A stretch of DNA of 64,000 bases from NCBI GenBank assembly GCA_016872595.1, contig VGZJ01000001.1:5117-69116 (forward strand). Reading direction: 5' to 3'. Of the stretch, positions 28,429 through 40,636 are shown one piece after another (the stretch's first letter is position 1; the number at the start of each line of letters is the position of its first letter). The notes below the pieces were generated by a model. It was not told the DNA's origin. It was given only the letters and a program-made list of their open reading frames with translations, and did no database searches. Position numbers and translations under genes: made by a program. This stretch comes from Planctomycetota bacterium. Its GTDB lineage: Bacteria; Planctomycetota; Planctomycetia; Gemmatales; Gemmataceae.

Positions 28429-28633
28429 CGGCCACCCCCTCCCGCTTCGCGGGCGCGCGGGCGGTCAGTTCGTCGCCGAACGCAATGTGGATACCCAGCG
28501 TGTTCAGTTTGCGCCGGGTGACACACTCCAGCGCGCGGTCCTTACTGCGCCGGGCCGAGAACAGCACGGCGAGCAGATAGAGGGGACTGTCGGAGAGAAC
28601 GGGCGGCGGATTGGGTTGCAGACACGGTGGCAC
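28418..28633 (-). CDS. small hypothetical island protein
   Basis: Overlaps the start of the xis-like gene and supplies its GGGAGGGG RBS. Confidence 0.6.
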   Translation of the reverse strand: MPPCLQPNPPPVLSDSPLYLLAVLFSARRSKDRALECVTRRKLNTLGIHIAFGDELTARAPAKREGVADAR

Positions 28634-28751
28634 GGTCGCGGCTCGCAATCAGGTGAGGGCGTCCCATCGCGCCCCTTCACGAGATTGCGCCACGTCACGA
28701 AAAAAATGCGTGACGGCCTTGTTGTTCCAGCGAATCCTTTTCGCCGCGCCG

Positions 28752-30821
28752 TCATGACGAACCGTGACGGCGCTTGTAACGGCGCTCCTGTTCGGCCTCG
28801 TCTGCCTTCTGCTCCTCGATGAGCGCGGCGAGTTCGTCCGGTGTTTCGCAGTCCGCCGGGATGATGGCTTTCATGGTTTCGGTAAGCGGTACATCCCGCG
28901 CAACCGGCTTCTTGTTCGCGGTGCGGCGTGCGCAAAACGCTTTCCATGCGGAGGTATTGCTCACACCCCCGGCGCTGACGCCGGTTTCGGCGGATACGGT
29001 GTCTCGCGTAACCGCGTCGGGATCGTCCGCGGCGTGCTTCTCCAACCATTCGCGGACGCGAACTTCGGCCTCGTCGCGGGGAACGCCCTTCGCCTTCGAG
29101 TTTTCCGACGATTCCCCTTCGCCCGATTGCCGAGCGCCCGGAGTTGCGTCGGTTAGCGATTGCGTTCCCTTGTCCGGTTGGGAGTCGGTAGGCTTGTCCC
29201 CGTTGTCGTGTGGCGGGACAATCTGCCGCGCGCGAGTCGGTAATGCGTGAGGCGCGGATCCGTTCGCGGAAACGACGGTCGGGAGGATTTGCCAGTCAAT
29301 CGGCCACTTCGACCGTCGATTGGGGTCGGGAGTGACGAACCCACGAAGGTACAGTTCGTTCATCGCCTTGTCCGTCAATTCGGTCGCTTTGGTCCCGTCA
29401 GTGCATCCGGCGTCCATCAGTTCCTTGCGCAGAAGGATGTACGGCGCGTACAAGTGCCCGTCGCGGAATCGCTCCACAAGGTACTGTTTCAGGAGCGCGA
29501 CGGCCTCGGCGTTCGGTCCCGACGGTTCGCCTTCGCGCCTGCCGGTGGGACGCGCGCTCGTCGGCGGTGTGGTGGAGTGCCTCAGTTCGTGTAGCCGCGT
29601 ATCGATGCTGGTAGTCCAGTAAGCCTCCCGGTCGCTCGCGACCCCCTCGATAATGCACTCCCTGTCGTTCATCAGTTCCCGCGCGGTCTTAAGTACCGGA
29701 TCATATTCGGCGAATGGGATTCCGAACGCCGCGCACAGGTTGCGAGCATCGCAAAGCGCCTTTGACCAACGGGAAGCGGCTCGCTCCGTGAACGACCGCG
29801 AAACTTCGTGCTTGCAGTCTGGCTCGTCTTCCCAGTGAAGGTACTCGACGCCGTTTCGCACGTCGGTTCGCATCTTTCGACCCATCTCCGCGACCTTCTT
29901 TTGCCGCGCTTCCGTCAGATGGCGCGCGGCAACGTAGCCCGTGAACAGAATCCAGCTAATCACCTCGAACGGGTTCGCGTCGTCTGGCAGCGGGTCGGGT
30001 AATACAAAGTCGGGCCGCTGGTGTGCGTTCTCCACAGCGGCGAGTTCTTTGCGTGCCGTCGCGTCGGCCGGTTCCGTTTCCGGCGACGGCGCGAGCGGCG
30101 CGTTGCTACGCTCACACGCTTTCACACACTGCTCGACGATCTTGAACGCCGTGGTCGTCTCCTCGTGGTGTCCGGGGAGAGAAATCGGTTCCTTGATGTC
30201 GGACGTGTCCACGCCCTGCGCGACGCAGAAACGGTAAGCGCGGCGCGCGATGTCGGTCGCCGGCTTGTCGCCGAACGCCGCGAGCAGCGGATCCGTTACG
30301 GGTGGGTTGTGAAGAAGCATCCGCTTCAACTCGGCTTGCGCCCAGCGCAGCCACGTTAGAAGCGCGCGTTCGTCCGTCGGAGGCCGCGGTTCGGCATCTG
30401 GGGCCGGAACGGGCGCGCGGGCGTGATCGCTCTGTTGTTGGCGGGTTGGCAGTTCGACAAGTGCGGCGACCGGCGACGCGGCCGGTTCAACGGACTGCGC
30501 CGCGGTTACTTGGAGCGCGGCTTTCAATCGAGGCCAATCGCTGTGCAGCGGTGAACGGTCGTCCGCGGCAAGCGAGTTGAGGAACTGTTGAAGCTCGATG
30601 GTCAGCGAGCCGGCGCGGTTGCGTTGGATCAACTGGCGACACAGCGCTCCACCCGTCCGCGCGATCTCTGCGCGGAGTTCCTCTTTTCGCTCGGCGGTCG
30701 TTCCCTTCGCTGGCTTCGGGGGAGAATAGACCCAAGACACCACGCCGTCGTAGAATTCGCGATTGAACGCATCGACGGCCGGAATGAACGCGGCGACCGC
30801 CGCGGAAAGCGTGTCGGGCAT
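28752..30821 (-). CDS. large hypothetical island protein, possible C-terminal HTH
   Basis: Long ORF from MPDTLSAAV; C-terminal VTRDTVSAETGVSAGGVSNTSAWK resembles an HTH. Confidence 0.65.
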   Translation of the reverse strand: MPDTLSAAVAAFIPAVDAFNREFYDGVVSWVYSPPKPAKGTTAERKEELRAEIARTGGALCRQLIQRNRAGSLTIELQQFLNSLAADDRSPLHSDWPRLKAALQVTAAQSVEPAASPVAALVELPTRQQQSDHARAPVPAPDAEPRPPTDERALLTWLRWAQAELKRMLLHNPPVTDPLLAAFGDKPATDIARRAYRFCVAQGVDTSDIKEPISLPGHHEETTTAFKIVEQCVKACERSNAPLAPSPETEPADATARKELAAVENAHQRPDFVLPDPLPDDANPFEVISWILFTGYVAARHLTEARQKKVAEMGRKMRTDVRNGVEYLHWEDEPDCKHEVSRSFTERAASRWSKALCDARNLCAAFGIPFAEYDPVLKTARELMNDRECIIEGVASDREAYWTTSIDTRLHELRHSTTPPTSARPTGRREGEPSGPNAEAVALLKQYLVERFRDGHLYAPYILLRKELMDAGCTDGTKATELTDKAMNELYLRGFVTPDPNRRSKWPIDWQILPTVVSANGSAPHALPTRARQIVPPHDNGDKPTDSQPDKGTQSLTDATPGARQSGEGESSENSKAKGVPRDEAEVRVREWLEKHAADDPDAVTRDTVSAETGVSAGGVSNTSAWKAFCARRTANKKPVARDVPLTETMKAIIPADCETPDELAALIEEQKADEAEQERRYKRRHGSS

Positions 30822-31085
30822 TTTGCACCTATGGAGCTTGCCGGGCCGGTCGCGCTGGTCCCGGTAGGTGCGACCGGCACCAGCGCAACCGCGTTGAACC
30901 CGTTGGCCCGTCGGCCAACCGGCTACCCGACAGATGAAGTGTACATTCAATCACTAAATTCGTTCAAGCCGAACGCGGCAGAAACGGGTCGGGATTTCGC
31001 CAAAAAATGTGCGTCAGTTCGCCAGCGGTGTGCGCGCCGGTCGCGCGGACTTTTCCGCCCCGCCCGGCTTCCAATCGCGCCTTTT

Positions 31086-31649
31086 CTAGGTGTCACCTTT
31101 TTGGGGTTCTGGCGAAGTGGGCGGCACGGGTTCGTCTGCGGGCGACATGAGCGCGAGGCGCTTCCGCACCGTGTCGAGGTGATCGTTGTAAGCGGGTAAG
31201 TCCTTGCCAGATTCGATCAAGCGATCCAGTTCCGACGGGACGTTCTCGCGCTCACGCTTGACCACTTCCCGAACGTACTCGGCCGGGTCCGTCGGTTCGG
31301 TCGGGGCGAGCGGCAGGGGACCGGCCAGCTTCAGCACCGCGAGCGCGACGGTTAGGCGATCCGATTCGTCGGCTTCGTCGAGGGCCGCGGCGAGGGCGTC
31401 GATTGCCTTCGGAACGAGTGCCCGCAGCCGGTTCGCGGCCGCGCCCCAGATGTCGGCGCGACGCACCGCGAGCGCGGCGCGGAACTCCGGCGAGTACAGA
31501 CGCCAGCGCGTCACGCTGACGCGATTGATCTTCAGCAACTCCGCTGTTTCGGTGTCGTTCTTCCCCGCGGCCAGCAGGTCAACGGCGCTCTGTTGCGTCA
31601 TGGTCAACCCGTCGGCGTGCGAGCGGGCGGACGGTTTCGCGCGTTTCAT
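31086..31649 (-). CDS. HTH protein, terminase small-subunit-like
   Basis: LTMTQQSAVDLLAAGKNDTETAELLKINRVSVTRWR..PEFRAAL followed by helical AIDALAAALD..RL.VALAVLKLAG. Confidence 0.7.
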   Translation of the reverse strand: MKRAKPSARSHADGLTMTQQSAVDLLAAGKNDTETAELLKINRVSVTRWRLYSPEFRAALAVRRADIWGAAANRLRALVPKAIDALAAALDEADESDRLTVALAVLKLAGPLPLAPTEPTDPAEYVREVVKRERENVPSELDRLIESGKDLPAYNDHLDTVRKRLALMSPADEPVPPTSPEPQKGDT

Positions 31650-31856
31650 GCGTTCGTGCCGTTTTTTTAGGTGCGGGTTTAGCGGGTCGGGCCGGTGTGG
31701 GGACGTTAGCATTCGCCAGCATTCGCACCGCGGTTGCCTGCCGTTGGGGTGCCCTTCCGCCGCAAACGTGTAGCCGACCGTAGCCGAGCGTTCACGACGC
31801 GCCAACCGACCGCATTTTACCTCATCCGACTGTTCGGCGCTAGCTCGGTGCGGCGG

Positions 31857-32195
31857 TTACGTTTTGTCGGTCGGGGCGCGGCGGCGCGCGAACAGCCAGC
31901 AGATACCGGCCAGCGGGAGCAGCAACAGGACGAGGATGAGCAGGAAGTACAAACGCCCGCCGAAGAAGCGTTTGGGGAAGTCAACGAGGAATTCGCGCCA
32001 CGTTCCTTCGATCCAACCGAGTTGCATTGCGATGTAGGCGGCTACGAACGGAATCGCGAGGTAGAAGGGGAGCAGGTAGTAGTCCCGGCGACTCATTTTG
32101 TCGGCGGGTTGGGCGGGCTTGGCGGACGCGGGCCGGTGGACGCGGGCACGTTGGAGGCGCGCGGCTTCGTGGCGGGCTTTGCGGTTCGCGGACAC
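31857..32195 (-). CDS. hypothetical membrane protein
   Basis: Basic N-terminus and two hydrophobic helices. Confidence 0.65.
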   Translation of the reverse strand: MSANRKARHEAARLQRARVHRPASAKPAQPADKMSRRDYYLLPFYLAIPFVAAYIAMQLGWIEGTWREFLVDFPKRFFGGRLYFLLILVLLLLPLAGICWLFARRRAPTDKT

Positions 32196-32291
32196 GTTAC
32201 AGTTCCCCCGCGAAGGCGCGGTTCAGCACGCTCGGCCGCAGCGCGTCGAGTTCCGCCGCTGTCGCCGACTGCTCCGTTCGCACTTCGTCCT

Positions 32292-34821
<2,530 letters not shown>

Positions 34822-34829
<8 letters not shown>

Positions 34830-35280
34830 CGTCGCTATTCCCACTCAGATCCATCGCTTTCACTTGGGACTCGATGTAGGCCTGCTCCTTACGAGTGATG
34901 CCGTACTTTTCGTACAGTGCCTCGTCCGTCCAAGTGCTGTTCCATGACTGCACCGGCACCCAATCGTATGTGGAGTGCAGTGCATCTTGCGTGATCTTCC
35001 GCAGCGAGGCAAGAAAGCGAAAGAACCGGGTCGTGTAGTATGACTGCAGGCTTTTCGCTGCCCGTTGTGAACTAACGTGGAAGAACAAGAATGACTGTGT
35101 GCATACTGAAGGCGACGGCGCGATCTGCGGTTTGCCCAGAATCTGGTGTGGTAATCCATCTCCACCATTAAATGCCTTCGGAACAAGAACCTTCCAAGAG
35201 TCAATCAGATGGACGTTCTTAGTTACCACGCTGCGCTTTGTGTAGCCTACACCCCGTTTCATCTTGCGGATGTAGTACAG
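34822..35280 (-). pseudogene. C-terminal fragment of an Eco57I-like R-M methyltransferase
   Basis: WKVLVPKA..G, SVCTQSF, YYTTRFFRFL..RKITQD...Y.WVP.Q.W...WTDE.LYEKYG tail; overlaps the helicase start by 8 nt; catalytic N-terminal part absent; low GC. Confidence 0.8.
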
Positions 35281-36437
35281 AGTACAGCCTGCCGACCGAA
35301 GCGCAATGGGAATACGCGTGTCGAGGCGGGCCCACGGAGAACAAGCTGGACTACGGTTTCGACTACTATTTGGATCGGCCGTCGAACACGTTGTTGCCGG
35401 AGCAGGCGAACTTTGACAATAAGCTGGGACGAACGTGCAAAGTGGGTTCTTATTTCCCGAACAAGTTGGGTTTGTTTGACATGCACGGCAACGTGTGGGA
35501 GTGGTGCGTGGATGAATTGAAAGATGACAAAGGGGATCCGCAGCGCGTGCATCGGGGTGGCGCCTGGCACAACGGGAGGGAAATCCGGGCGTTGTCGCGC
35601 AGCCACAGGTACCCGCCGTCATTCCAGAGCATCCACCTGGGCCTGCGCCTGGCCCGAGTTCCCGTTGGCAAAGACATCACGAAGGAAAAGCCGCCGGCGA
35701 AGAAAGCGGACTTCACCAACAGCCTCGGGATGGAGTTCGTGAAGGTGCCCAAGGGGACGGGGTGGCTCGGCGGCGGGAACGGCAAGCAAGGCGAAACGAA
35801 GGTCGTGATCGAGCAGGATTTCTACCTCGGCAAGTACGAGGTGACGCAGGAGGAATGGGAAAAGGTGATGGGGGTGAACCCGAGTGTATTCAAGCGCGAG
35901 AACGATGTGGTGAAGGGCATCCCGGACGCGGAGTTGAAGCGGTTCCCGGTCGAGAATGTGTCGTGGGACGACTGTCAGTTGTTCATCAAGAAGTTGAACG
36001 AGCGGGAGAAGGATTCGGGCTGGGTGTACCGGTTGCCGAAGGAGTCGGAGTGGGAGTACGCGTGTCGGGGCGGTCCGGTGGACAAACTCGACAGCGCGTT
36101 CGACTACTACTTCGCGAAGCCGACGAACACGCTGCTGCCCGATCAGGCGAACTTCGCCACACAGACCGACAAGGCGTTGAAGCTCACGTGCAAGGTGGGC
36201 TTATACGAGGCGAATAGACTTGGATTGCATGATCTGCATGGAAACGTGCGCGAGTGGTGTGACGACCCCGCGACCGGGGCCGATGGGGCCTCGTACCGGG
36301 TGTACCGGGGCAGTTGCTGGCTCAGCCGCGGCGGGGTCTGCCGGGCGGCGTACCGTTCCTCGAGCCCGCCGTCGTACCGGTACTACGCCCTCGGCTTGCG
36401 TCTTGCCCGAGTTCCGTCGGCCCCGTCGGGCAAGTGA
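35280..36437 (+). pseudogene. 5'-truncated tandem FGE-sulfatase (SUMF1, C-type lectin fold) domain gene
   Basis: Begins mid-domain at EYSLPTEAQWEYACRGG..DMHGNVWEWC; second complete domain TNSLGMEFV...LGLRLARVP. Confidence 0.85.
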
Positions 36438-36748
36438 TGTTGTCTGTGACGGGCCACCGAATCGCCGGGCTGAGTCGCAGATACGATGCGAGCTTCCCAC
36501 CTGCGGCGCGTGCTGCGGGCGAGTGCGCTGCTGGCCCGTGAAAATCCCCCTTTGGTCGCTTTTCACACGTAGTAAGTTGAACCTTCCCAATACGTTCAGT
36601 CAACCGGCGCGCGCTGTACAACTTCCGTGCTTGGCACCGGGGGCAGGACAAGGTAGAAATGGTAAGGCCGCTGGAATCGGCCCTTCGCCCGCCCCACGGA
36701 CCCGGCACACGGACGCGCCCGGGGACCGACGTTGTGAGGACACAACCC

Positions 36749-37849
36749 ATGGCGCGTCGTAGCGCCGACCCTGCCAGTAGCACCGGCCCGAAATCGCCCT
36801 CCTCCGGCCTCCGCCGCTCGGACCGCTTCCTGATCGGCTTGCACCCGTTCGACCGGGTCGTTTTCGTTTCCCACGTCCAGCCCGACCCCGACAGCCTCGG
36901 GAGCATGATCGGCTTGGCGCACCTCGTCGAATCGCGCCTCGGCAAACCCACGGTCATCACCCGCGACGGCCTCATCAGCCGCGCCGAAAACCGGGCGATG
37001 GTGGACGTACTGCACCTCGATCTGGTGCCCGTCGAAGACGTGGACTGGCGGGCCAACGACGCCGTTGTGATGGTGGACAGCCAACCGCGAACCGGGCGAC
37101 ACACGTTCCCCGAAGACGTGCCCCTGTACGCGGTCCTCGACCACCACGACACGCCCGGCGACCTCGACGGGGTCGCGTTCACCGACATCCGCGCGACCCA
37201 CGGCGCGACCTGCACGCTCGTCACGAAATACCTGATGGAACAGGACGCGGTGATCCCGGAAAAGGTCGCCACCGCCCTGCTCTACGGCATCGAAACGGAA
37301 GTCACCGGCTACCCGCGCGAGGCCGGCCCCGCCGACGACGCGGCCCTCATCTCGCTCTACGCCGTCGCCGACAAAGACCTCATCGCCCAGATCCGCAACG
37401 CCCGTCTGCCGCACACCTACTTCGAGTGCATGCTGCAGGCGATGCAAAGTTCGTTCATCTACGACCGGCTCTCGATGAGTTGGGTGAACCCGCTGCCGCA
37501 ACCGGAACAGGCCGCGGAAGTAGTGGACTTCATGATCCGCTTCGAAAAGGTGGATTACGCCTTCTGCGGCGGGGTGTACGAAGACACGCTCGTTCTGTCG
37601 GTGCGCGCGGCCATCGAGAACGCCCACGCCGGCGAGATCTTGCGGCAGGTGGTCGGGAAACTCGGCCGCGCCGGGGGCCACGACCGGCGCGCCGGCGGTG
37701 CGATCCGCCTCACCAGCACCGCCCCCAGCGCCATCGAAGACATGCAAAGCGAGCTCCGCCGCCGGTTCCTCAAGGCGCTCAAGATCGAAGACGTCCGCGG
37801 TCAGCGCCTCGTCCCTCTCCGCGACATGCTCGAAAACCTGCAATCGTAA
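36749..37849 (+). CDS. DHH family phosphoesterase (NrnA-like)
   Basis: HVQPDPDSLGS, MVD, LDHH, AGGH..RAGG. Confidence 0.92.
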   Translation: MARRSADPASSTGPKSPSSGLRRSDRFLIGLHPFDRVVFVSHVQPDPDSLGSMIGLAHLVESRLGKPTVITRDGLISRAENRAMVDVLHLDLVPVEDVDWRANDAVVMVDSQPRTGRHTFPEDVPLYAVLDHHDTPGDLDGVAFTDIRATHGATCTLVTKYLMEQDAVIPEKVATALLYGIETEVTGYPREAGPADDAALISLYAVADKDLIAQIRNARLPHTYFECMLQAMQSSFIYDRLSMSWVNPLPQPEQAAEVVDFMIRFEKVDYAFCGGVYEDTLVLSVRAAIENAHAGEILRQVVGKLGRAGGHDRRAGGAIRLTSTAPSAIEDMQSELRRRFLKALKIEDVRGQRLVPLRDMLENLQS

Positions 37850-38350
37850 CGGACCTACCGAGCTAGCAATTACCTGAACTCGCGTTTACATTTCTCCCAC
37901 ACGACGCGCACTCGCAGGTGTGCGATTGTGGGGCAGTCGCGCCCGCCAACTGTCTAACTGTGCTATCCAGTTGGCCGAGACTTCCCACCGGCACCGAAAT
38001 TGCGCTCTAACATTCGCACAACGCGAATAGCGCCAACGATATTCCGGCCGAGTCGTCTGAAATCCTGAAACTATTGGGCCTTTGCGACGATCTTACTTAC
38101 AGCGCAAGGAACCTCCCCGCGACGTTTGGCACGAGGCGTGCACGAGAAAAACACCCCAATCGTCCCGAACCCGCGGATTCTTGAAAGATGTCAGGGGTAT
38201 GGCCCCCTATTATCAGTCAGTCGGGGAAATAGAACCGGGCTAGAGCGAATTACTAGTGCCCGAACGATTTCCCCAGCAGCGAAACCCGAACCCCTTTGGG
38301 CGGCCCCGGTTGCGACCGAGCGGCGCCCCCAAACGCCGGGAGGACTCACG

Positions 38351-38809
38351 ATGGCACGACAAGACGCACTACTCCGCCTCCACAAGAACCTGATCGCGCG
38401 GCGCACCGAACTGCGCAAGCGTTTGGGACTCGAACTCGAGGAACTCGGCCACATCAAGCACTCGTCGGCCTCCGGCGACGTGGCCGATGCCGCGTTCGAC
38501 GCCAGCGGCGAGGAAATCGCTTCCACACTGGCCGAACTCGAAGCAAAGGAGTTGGCCCAGATCGAGCGGGCGCTCCGCCGACTCAAGGCCGGCACCTACG
38601 GCAAGTGCGAGGTCTGCTCGCTCTCGATCCCGGTCGCCCGGCTCAACGCCCTTCCCTTCAGCACCTTCTGCGTGGGGTGCCAGCGCGAGATGGAGGCCGA
38701 TGGCGGCTGGAACGGCGCGAACGGTCACACCGACTGGGGCCGGATCGCCGACGGCACCACGATGGACGAGCGCGAGGTCAGCATCTCGGAGCTCGAGCGC
38801 TCGACCTGA
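38351..38809 (+). CDS. TraR/DksA family transcriptional regulator
   Basis: DVADAAFD coiled-coil tip; GTYGKCEVC..IPVARLNALP...CVGC. Confidence 0.93.
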   Translation: MARQDALLRLHKNLIARRTELRKRLGLELEELGHIKHSSASGDVADAAFDASGEEIASTLAELEAKELAQIERALRRLKAGTYGKCEVCSLSIPVARLNALPFSTFCVGCQREMEADGGWNGANGHTDWGRIADGTTMDEREVSISELERST

Positions 38810-38838
38810 GCAAGTCGGGCCGGTTGCGCCGGTTCTGC

Positions 38839-38873
38839 GAGGCCCGTGGCCTGAACAGGCCGCGGGCTTTGTT
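38839..38873 (+). terminator. intrinsic terminator
   Basis: GGCCCGTGGCCTG-AA-CAGGCCGCGGGCT stem followed by TTGTT. Confidence 0.65.
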
Positions 38874-39026
38874 CGTGTTGTACCGGCGCGCGGCCCGACG
38901 CTGTTGCGCCTTTAGCGATCGCGGTCCCGTTCCCGCTTCGCGCGGCGGGTAGAGTGGAACAGGTTGCGCCGCGCGCCCTTCACCCGAATCGCGCCGGCCC
39001 ACCCACTTTCACTCAAGGAGCGCGAC

Positions 39027-40181
39027 ATGCGCGGAAAGCTGGTGCCGGTCGCGGCGTGCGGGCTGTGCGCGTTCCTCGGCGGCGCGGTCGCTCAGGTGTG
39101 GTTCTCGACGCCGGCCCCGGTCGCGGCGCAGCCCGGCCCGCCCCTGCCCCCTGTCCCGGACCTCTTCGGCGCGGACAAGGACAAAGACAAGGCCGCGCTG
39201 CCCGCCGAGCGGTTCCAATCGATCGCGCGGCAGTTCAGCCCGTGCGTCGTCGCGGTGGACGCGGTCAAGCCGCCCGCGCCCGGTTCAAAGACCAACCAGC
39301 CCGAAGAGGAGTCCGGGTCCGGCGTCATCCTCAAATTCCCCGGCGCGAGCGGAGTCGTCGTCGTCACCAACTACCACGTCGTCGGCGCGGCCCCGGCGAA
39401 CAAGGTGTACGTCACCCTCTCAGACGGGCGCATCGTCCAACCGGCGCGGACTTGGACCGACCCGGAATCCGACATCGCGCTCTTGAACATCGAAGACGAC
39501 ACGCTGCCGACCGCGGCTCTCGCGGACAGCGACCGCGTCAAGCGTGGCCAATGGGTACTGGCATTCGGCAGCCCGTTCGGGCTGAACCAGACCGTGACGC
39601 ACGGGATCATCTCGGCCACGAACCGCGGGCAGATTTCGCTCGGCTCGACGATCCGCATCAAGGAGTTCCTGCAAACGGACGCGGCCATCAACCCCGGCAG
39701 TAGCGGCGGCCCACTCGTCGATCTCGACGGCAAGGTGGTGGGCATCAACACGGCCATCGCCTCGAAGAGCGGGAGCAGCAGCGGCGTGTCGTTCAGCATC
39801 CCGGCGAACATGGTGAAGCGGATCGCGGCGCAGCTCATCGAAAAGGGCAGCGTGACCCGCGGCTACCTTGGCGTGCAGCTAGCGACCGCGCTCGAACCGT
39901 CGGAAGCGCTGCGGTTGGGCCTTTCGCGCGTCAGCGGGGCGCTGGTGGAGATCGTTCACCCCAACACGCCGGCGAGCGCCGCCGGCCTGCGCGTCGGCGA
40001 CGTGATTCTACAAATCGAGGACGTAATCGTGCGCGACGAGAACCACCTGATCAACACGGTGTGCGCGCTGCCGCCCGGCCAGAAAGTGAGGCTGACGGTA
40101 TGGCGCGATAAGAAGTCGCAAGCCGTAGACGTGACCATCGGTGAGTACGCGCCGCGCACGTCGCGGAGCGCGCGCCCGTAG
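39027..40181 (+). CDS. HtrA/DegP-like trypsin serine protease with PDZ domain
   Basis: GSGVI, TNYHVV, DIALL, QTDAAINPGSSGGPL, PDZ GYLGV. Confidence 0.94.
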   Translation: MRGKLVPVAACGLCAFLGGAVAQVWFSTPAPVAAQPGPPLPPVPDLFGADKDKDKAALPAERFQSIARQFSPCVVAVDAVKPPAPGSKTNQPEEESGSGVILKFPGASGVVVVTNYHVVGAAPANKVYVTLSDGRIVQPARTWTDPESDIALLNIEDDTLPTAALADSDRVKRGQWVLAFGSPFGLNQTVTHGIISATNRGQISLGSTIRIKEFLQTDAAINPGSSGGPLVDLDGKVVGINTAIASKSGSSSGVSFSIPANMVKRIAAQLIEKGSVTRGYLGVQLATALEPSEALRLGLSRVSGALVEIVHPNTPASAAGLRVGDVILQIEDVIVRDENHLINTVCALPPGQKVRLTVWRDKKSQAVDVTIGEYAPRTSRSARP

Positions 40182-40257
40182 TGCGAACCGGACCACAAAC
40201 GAACGCGGGCCACCCTTCGTGGCGGCCCGTAGTGCTTCGGCGCGGAACGGAGGGGGG

Positions 40258-40365
40258 TTAGTCCTCGTTCTGTTGCTTTTTCCGGAGGAAGATCATCAGG
40301 CCGATGAGCGCGAGTAGCGCCACGAACATGCCGGCCATCACCCACCAATTGCCCAAGAAGTCCAT
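40258..40365 (-). CDS. 35-aa single-TM small protein (absent from the ORF track)
   Basis: AAGGGGA RBS; MDFLGNWWVMAGMFVALLALIGLMIFLRKKQQNED*. Confidence 0.75.
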   Translation of the reverse strand: MDFLGNWWVMAGMFVALLALIGLMIFLRKKQQNED

Positions 40366-40636
40366 GATCGTTCCCCTTAAAGGTCGGCCCTTTCCGGGCG
40401 CGCGAATGATAGGGCCGGGTCGGTTGCGAGTCTCACGGACCGCGGCCCCGGTACGTTTAGCACCCGTGTTCTACTCGCCCCCGCCCGGCGATGCAAGCGC
40501 GCATCCAAAAAACCTTGAAATACTCACGCCCCGCGCGCCTTGCCACCCCACCGGCGCGCCCCATTATTAACGAGTGTGTGCGCGAGATCATTCGACATCG
40601 AGAGACCTCTCCCCTCTCTCGGCCCACTGGACGACG

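Noticed and set aside
35280..36437. The two FGE domains as a local TR/VR pair
   Set aside because: Neither copy is AAC-rich and their differences are not limited to adenines; they are diverged paralogous domains
36542..36557. AAATCCCCCTTTGGTC as a degenerate attR of tRNA-Glu (AAATCCCGATAGGGTC)
   Set aside because: Only 12/16 identity; could be chance, and the junction at 35280 explains a missing attR better
37850..38350. ncRNA in the 500-bp region upstream of the DksA-family gene
   Set aside because: Looks like a lower-GC promoter region; no convincing stems or known motif seen
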